DNA of 64,000 nucleotides from Ignavibacteriales bacterium (lineage in GTDB: Bacteria > Bacteroidota > Ignavibacteria > UBA10030). The position numbers and the translations under genes are program-made. Under the pieces are notes generated by a model that made no database searches, was not told the DNA's origin, and saw nothing but the letters and a program-made list of their open reading frames with translations. Below are positions 60,549 through 64,000 of the stretch, in pieces. Numbering within the stretch: position 1 is the first letter of the stretch; every line of letters begins with the position of its first letter. The stretch spans positions 42,024-106,023 of the forward strand of contig JAPLFQ010000015.1 of assembly GCA_026390595.1 (NCBI GenBank), given 5' to 3'.

Positions 60549-61547
60549 ATGATGATATTTATCGTTGCCATCATTCTGTTCGCTCTCTTCTTTGATTTTC
60601 TGAATGGATTTCACGATTCCGCGAATTCAATAGCCACCATCGTCTCCACGCGGGTTCTCACTCCCCGCAAGGCGGTCATGTGGGCTGCCTTTTTCAATCT
60701 GGCTGCCGCATTCTTCTTCGAAGACCAGGTCGCCAAAACGATTGGCAAGGGCCTCATCGAGCTCTCAAGCATCAACGAATATGTCATTCTGTGCGGCTTG
60801 ATCGGCGCCATCGTGTGGAATCTGGTGACGTGGTATTTCGGCATCCCGACAAGCTCCTCGCACGCGCTGATGGGTGGACTAGGGGGGGCAGCAATCACCA
60901 AGGCCGGATTCGGGACGCTCATCATCAGCGGATGGACGAAGACGATCATTTTCATTGCCGTCGCCCCCGTGATGGGAATGGTCATAGGATTTGTTTTAAT
61001 GGTGAGCTTGATGTGGATCTTCCACGGCCGGTCATCCACTAAAGTGAACAACCTGTTCAGGAAACTTCAACTCTTGTCGGCCGCACTCTACAGTCTCGGT
61101 CACGGAACGAACGATGCTCAGAAGACCATGGGTGTTATCACGACTCTTCTCGTGACGACGGGAGTCCTGAAATCGTTTGAAATACCATGGTGGGTCATCA
61201 TCAGCTGCTATTTTTCAATTTCTCTCGGAACACTGTTCGGAGGATGGAGAATCGTCAAGACCATGGGGCAGAAGGTGACCAAGCTGAAACCATCGGGCGG
61301 GTTTTGCGCTGAAACCGCTGGTGGCATCACGCTGCTGGTTACCGCTTTCAGCGGAATCGCCGTCAGCACGACGCATACCATCACCGGAGCGATCATGGGC
61401 GTCGGCGCGACGAAAAGAGTGACTGCTGTCCGATGGGGCCTCGCGGGAAAAATCGTTTTCGCCTGGATCGTGACGATCCCATGTGCGGCGGCTGTGGCTG
61501 CCGTCTCGTATGAGCTTGTCCATTTTCTTCGGTTGGCCATTCGATAG
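60549..61547 (+). CDS. pit: inorganic phosphate transporter, PiT family
   Basis: GFHDSANSIATIVSTR and GTNDAQKTMGVIT duplicated PiT signature motifs. The ORF is open from 60477; start set at MMIFIV. Confidence 0.85.
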   Translation: MMIFIVAIILFALFFDFLNGFHDSANSIATIVSTRVLTPRKAVMWAAFFNLAAAFFFEDQVAKTIGKGLIELSSINEYVILCGLIGAIVWNLVTWYFGIPTSSSHALMGGLGGAAITKAGFGTLIISGWTKTIIFIAVAPVMGMVIGFVLMVSLMWIFHGRSSTKVNNLFRKLQLLSAALYSLGHGTNDAQKTMGVITTLLVTTGVLKSFEIPWWVIISCYFSISLGTLFGGWRIVKTMGQKVTKLKPSGGFCAETAGGITLLVTAFSGIAVSTTHTITGAIMGVGATKRVTAVRWGLAGKIVFAWIVTIPCAAAVAAVSYELVHFLRLAIR

Positions 61548-61903
61548 TTTCGCGGTCGATTCACTCCTCCAGGATTAACAATGAAAGATTGATTCGTCCC
61601 GTTCACACCTCGATCTGACCCACATAATCCTTGTTTTCCGCACACAAATCTCCGATGCTTCTCATTAGTGGGAAGTAACGGAAGAGCCGCCGCCATCTTG
61701 TTGCTTTTCTCCACGCGATTTACATACTTTGTATGGGGTCATCATGAGAGCTGGCGGATGGGAAGGCGGTTGAGGCTTCCCGGACTTCCGTCTGTTTGCC
61801 CGTCTTTTCGGCTCGTGGATTAAACTGCTGGAAAGACATGCGATGCAATTCTACCGCTGCGTGTGAAGGGTCGCTCTGAGCGCGGTACAGCAGGAGGTGC
61901 ACA

Positions 61904-62233
61904 GTGGTAATCTGGCATAATACGGTCGACGCGTCACGCATCCCCGAGTATGTTGCCGGGGGGCAGGAAGTGGAATTGTGGATCGGGACGTATCCGATCG
62001 AGGGGGGACAGTCGGTCTGGCTGGAGATTACGTTGTACACCGTTGATGGCAGAGAACTCTTCTGCAAGATGCCCGCACAATGGCATTCAAACAGCGAACA
62101 ACGAGGCAACTCGTACTGGGTGATCAACCTGGGTTCGTTTGACCCTGGAGACAGGATCGAATACCGGGTCTACGGTTCGAAAGGGGAGGATCTGGTTTCC
62201 TGCAACGATACTTACGCATTTGAAGTCGGCTGA
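61904..62233 (+). CDS. hypothetical small protein (E-set/CBM48-like beta-sandwich pattern)
   Basis: GTG start 6 nt after AGGAGG. 109 aa. VELWIGTYP...RIEYRVYG...DTYAFEV loosely resembles glycogen-binding beta-sandwich domains. No confident family. Confidence 0.4.
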   Translation: MVIWHNTVDASRIPEYVAGGQEVELWIGTYPIEGGQSVWLEITLYTVDGRELFCKMPAQWHSNSEQRGNSYWVINLGSFDPGDRIEYRVYGSKGEDLVSCNDTYAFEVG

Positions 62234-62272
62234 TTAGCTTGAGCGTCATTCCTGCTCGCTCCGGCCTCGCTT

Positions 62273-62626
62273 TCATGTTGTTCCCGCTGAATACCTGATC
62301 ACCTCCGCCTTTTCAATCGTCACCATCCCGCCGCTGCCGCATTGTTCAAAGAGTTCATCGACGCGTGGAAGGAACTGCCTGATGTTCTCTTCGGTGTCCA
62401 CGAGTTCAACGACGATGGGGAGGTCTTCTGACAATCGCAGGATTTTTGCTGTGTGAATGACACGGCTCTTAGCGCCGAACCCTTCGATCCCGCGCAGCAC
62501 AGTCGCTCCTGCGAGACCGTTCTTCCTCGCTTCCTGAACAATGATCTCGTAGAGCGGTGTGTGACCGATCTTGTCCGATTCACCCAGGAAAATCCTGAGC
62601 AGCTTGCCGTCGCCTGAGAGTTTCAT
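62273..62626 (-). CDS. DUF190 (PII-like) protein
   Basis: LLRIFLGESDK...ATVLRGIEGFG...LPIVVELVD pattern of the DUF190/PII family. Classic partner of crcB. Confidence 0.75.
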   Translation of the reverse strand: MKLSGDGKLLRIFLGESDKIGHTPLYEIIVQEARKNGLAGATVLRGIEGFGAKSRVIHTAKILRLSEDLPIVVELVDTEENIRQFLPRVDELFEQCGSGGMVTIEKAEVIRYSAGTT

Positions 62627-62776
62627 CTCCTACCCTCTGAATGATTGACGCGATGATAAGAAACCGAACGCGAAGTGCGCACTCTGCTGAACAGACAGGG
62701 GGATGTTTGTCACTGTCAAGATCTCTGTGCTCGTCGCGGTTATCCTCTTTCAACACAGTACATTCCTGAATTCCGG

Positions 62777-63151
62777 CTAGAAGATCTTACCGAGGGAGTA
62801 TCCCAGCCACGTGCCGCCGAGGCATGTCCCGACGCTGAGCAGTACATTGGCAGATGCGTAGAAGACTTCGCCATCCCTGAGCAAAGCCACGGTCTCAAAG
62901 CTGAAGCTGGAAAAGGTGGTAAATCCACCGAGAATTCCGATTGTGAGGAAAATCCGCAGGGACGGATATACGACGAACCTGTCTTCAAGCATCGACATCA
63001 GGACTCCGATCAGAAAACACCCGATGATGTTGACCATCAGTGTCCCGGAAGGAAACTCAGTTCCGAATCGCTGATGGATCAGCCCTGAGAGCCAGTACCG
63101 TGTGACAGCGCCGATGCCGCCGCCTGCGAATACCAAGAGATAGTTCTGCAA
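62777..63151 (-). CDS. crcB: fluoride ion channel CrcB/Fluc
   Basis: 124 aa, 4 TM; GGIGAVTRYWLS and GGFTTFSSFS signature motifs. Confidence 0.85.
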   Translation of the reverse strand: MQNYLLVFAGGGIGAVTRYWLSGLIHQRFGTEFPSGTLMVNIIGCFLIGVLMSMLEDRFVVYPSLRIFLTIGILGGFTTFSSFSFETVALLRDGEVFYASANVLLSVGTCLGGTWLGYSLGKIF

Positions 63152-63193
63152 TGAATGCTCCTCGTGAAATCTTGTAGTGTATCCCTGATAAGG

Positions 63194-64000
63194 TTACAGC
63201 AACCCGTATTCCCTGTACCAATCAATCGTTGCTCTCAAACTCTCTTCAAGTGAGACCTGAGTTCTAAACCCGATATGATCCTCCAGCTTTTGGGGACTGC
63301 AGACCCAGTCCGTCTGCAGCAGATCGCGGGCTTTCTCGACGTTGAGGACCGATGCGTTGGAGCTGAAGATGGAACCGAGTTCTGCAATCCCTCCGAGGGT
63401 GTAGAGGAGGGGGGAGGGAAAGCGGACATTGATGCCTCGCTTTCCGAACATCGCTGCAACACATTCGAGGACGCTGGACAAGCGGTAAGGCGCCGGGTCG
63501 GCCACGAAATACGTCTGCCCTGCAGTCTTCGGAGATATCGCAGCTTCGACCATCGCACGCGCCAGCTCGGGGCCGTACACAACGCTGAGTTTCTTCTGGT
63601 CGCTTCCGAAAACTGGTTTGAGACCGAGTTTTACCCATCGAAAGATCTCGAGCAGATCGCGGTCACGCGGGCCGTACACCGCGGGGGGACGAAGTATGAC
63701 GATGGGGAGACGAGGGGAGTACAATTCGCACACAGTCTCAGCTTCGAGTTTTGACACCCCGTATGCGGTGATGGGATGACAGGGGGCTTCTTCGTCGAGA
63801 AGCGTACCGTCCGGACTGGGCCCGACAGCAGTGAGGCTGCTTACGAAGCAGAACTTCTTGAGGGTTGAATTCCCCGTTGCCGCTTCCAGGAGGTTTCTTG
63901 TGGCGACGACATTTCCCTGGTGGTATTGGCTCTGCTTCTTCGCCTTCGTGACTCCGGCGACATGGAAAATGTACTCCGCATCGTGAATTGCTTCGCGAAG
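63194..64000 (-). CDS. NAD-dependent epimerase/dehydratase family protein (N-terminus beyond window edge)
   Basis: Minus-strand frame is open to nt 64000 (…FCFVSSLTAVGP…YGVSKLEAETVCELY…RPPAVYGPRD), i.e. an extended-SDR epimerase with YxxxK. Only the C-terminal about 268 aa are in the window. Confidence 0.8.
   Translation of the reverse strand, partial: LREAIHDAEYIFHVAGVTKAKKQSQYHQGNVVATRNLLEAATGNSTLKKFCFVSSLTAVGPSPDGTLLDEEAPCHPITAYGVSKLEAETVCELYSPRLPIVILRPPAVYGPRDRDLLEIFRWVKLGLKPVFGSDQKKLSVVYGPELARAMVEAAISPKTAGQTYFVADPAPYRLSSVLECVAAMFGKRGINVRFPSPLLYTLGGIAELGSIFSSNASVLNVEKARDLLQTDWVCSPQKLEDHIGFRTQVSLEESLRATIDWYREYGLL

Noticed and set aside
63152-63193. Possible fluoride riboswitch upstream of crcB
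   Set aside because: The 42-nt spacer lacks the conserved GGnGAUGG...CUnAUGAUGCC core. No riboswitch called.
1-64000. CRISPR arrays, rRNA and tRNA genes, IS elements
   Set aside because: No regularly spaced direct repeats with unique spacers, no rRNA-like conserved stretches, no complete tRNA cloverleaf, and no transposase or integrase ORFs were seen in the window.

Overview
This is a 64 kb chromosomal window from a moderately high-GC (about 58-60%) bacterium that I assign to the FCB group (Bacteroidota, Ignavibacteriota or Rhodothermota-like). The assignment rests on a type-A T9SS C-terminal sorting domain, two CarboxypepD_reg-type TonB-dependent receptors, tandem DUF4249-like lipoproteins and a DUF5686 outer-membrane protein. 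Gene density is high: I support about 57 CDS, and nearly all of them between nt 3473 and 62233 are on the + strand. I found no rRNA, tRNA or CRISPR array.

The content is mostly housekeeping and envelope functions:
- holA (5'-truncated) and a tsaC/Sua5 gene.
- A peptide and amino-acid scavenging theme: OPT oligopeptide transporter, PepD, an M29-like aminopeptidase, an S9 prolyl-oligopeptidase-family peptidase, monofunctional proline dehydrogenase and the TonB-dependent receptors.
- A stress cluster: arfB, a DinB-like gene, a DUF4097 gene with pspC, and gpx.
- A DUF1800/DUF1501 pair, an L,D-transpeptidase and a 656-aa flotillin/SPFH protein.
- A GAF-sigma54 activator followed by two genes, each preceded by a sigma54-like motif.
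- A complete phosphate supercluster, pstS-pstC-pstA-pstB-pstB-phoU-DUF47-pit, with larB-purE upstream of it.
- A DUF190-crcB fluoride pair at the end of the window.

The observations I rate most worth follow-up are:
- Two tandem pstB paralogs whose catalytic motifs are degenerate in a complementary way. This predicts an asymmetric heterodimeric ATPase with one consensus and one degenerate ATP site.
- A family of purine-rich/pyrimidine-rich palindromic elements built from GACGG/CCGTC units. One is a solo hairpin; another flanks a four-helix-bundle gene of the 23S rRNA intervening-sequence protein family, placed outside any rRNA gene.
- An orphan DNA methyltransferase with motif I ahead of the DPPY motif, sitting in a lower-GC patch next to a 470-bp gene-free gap.
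- A SpmA homolog carrying a roughly 125-aa inserted soluble domain.
- A DUF1501 protein with both a Tat-type N-terminal signal and a T9SS C-terminal domain.
- A low-GC islet carrying a GIY-YIG/DUF4357 nuclease.
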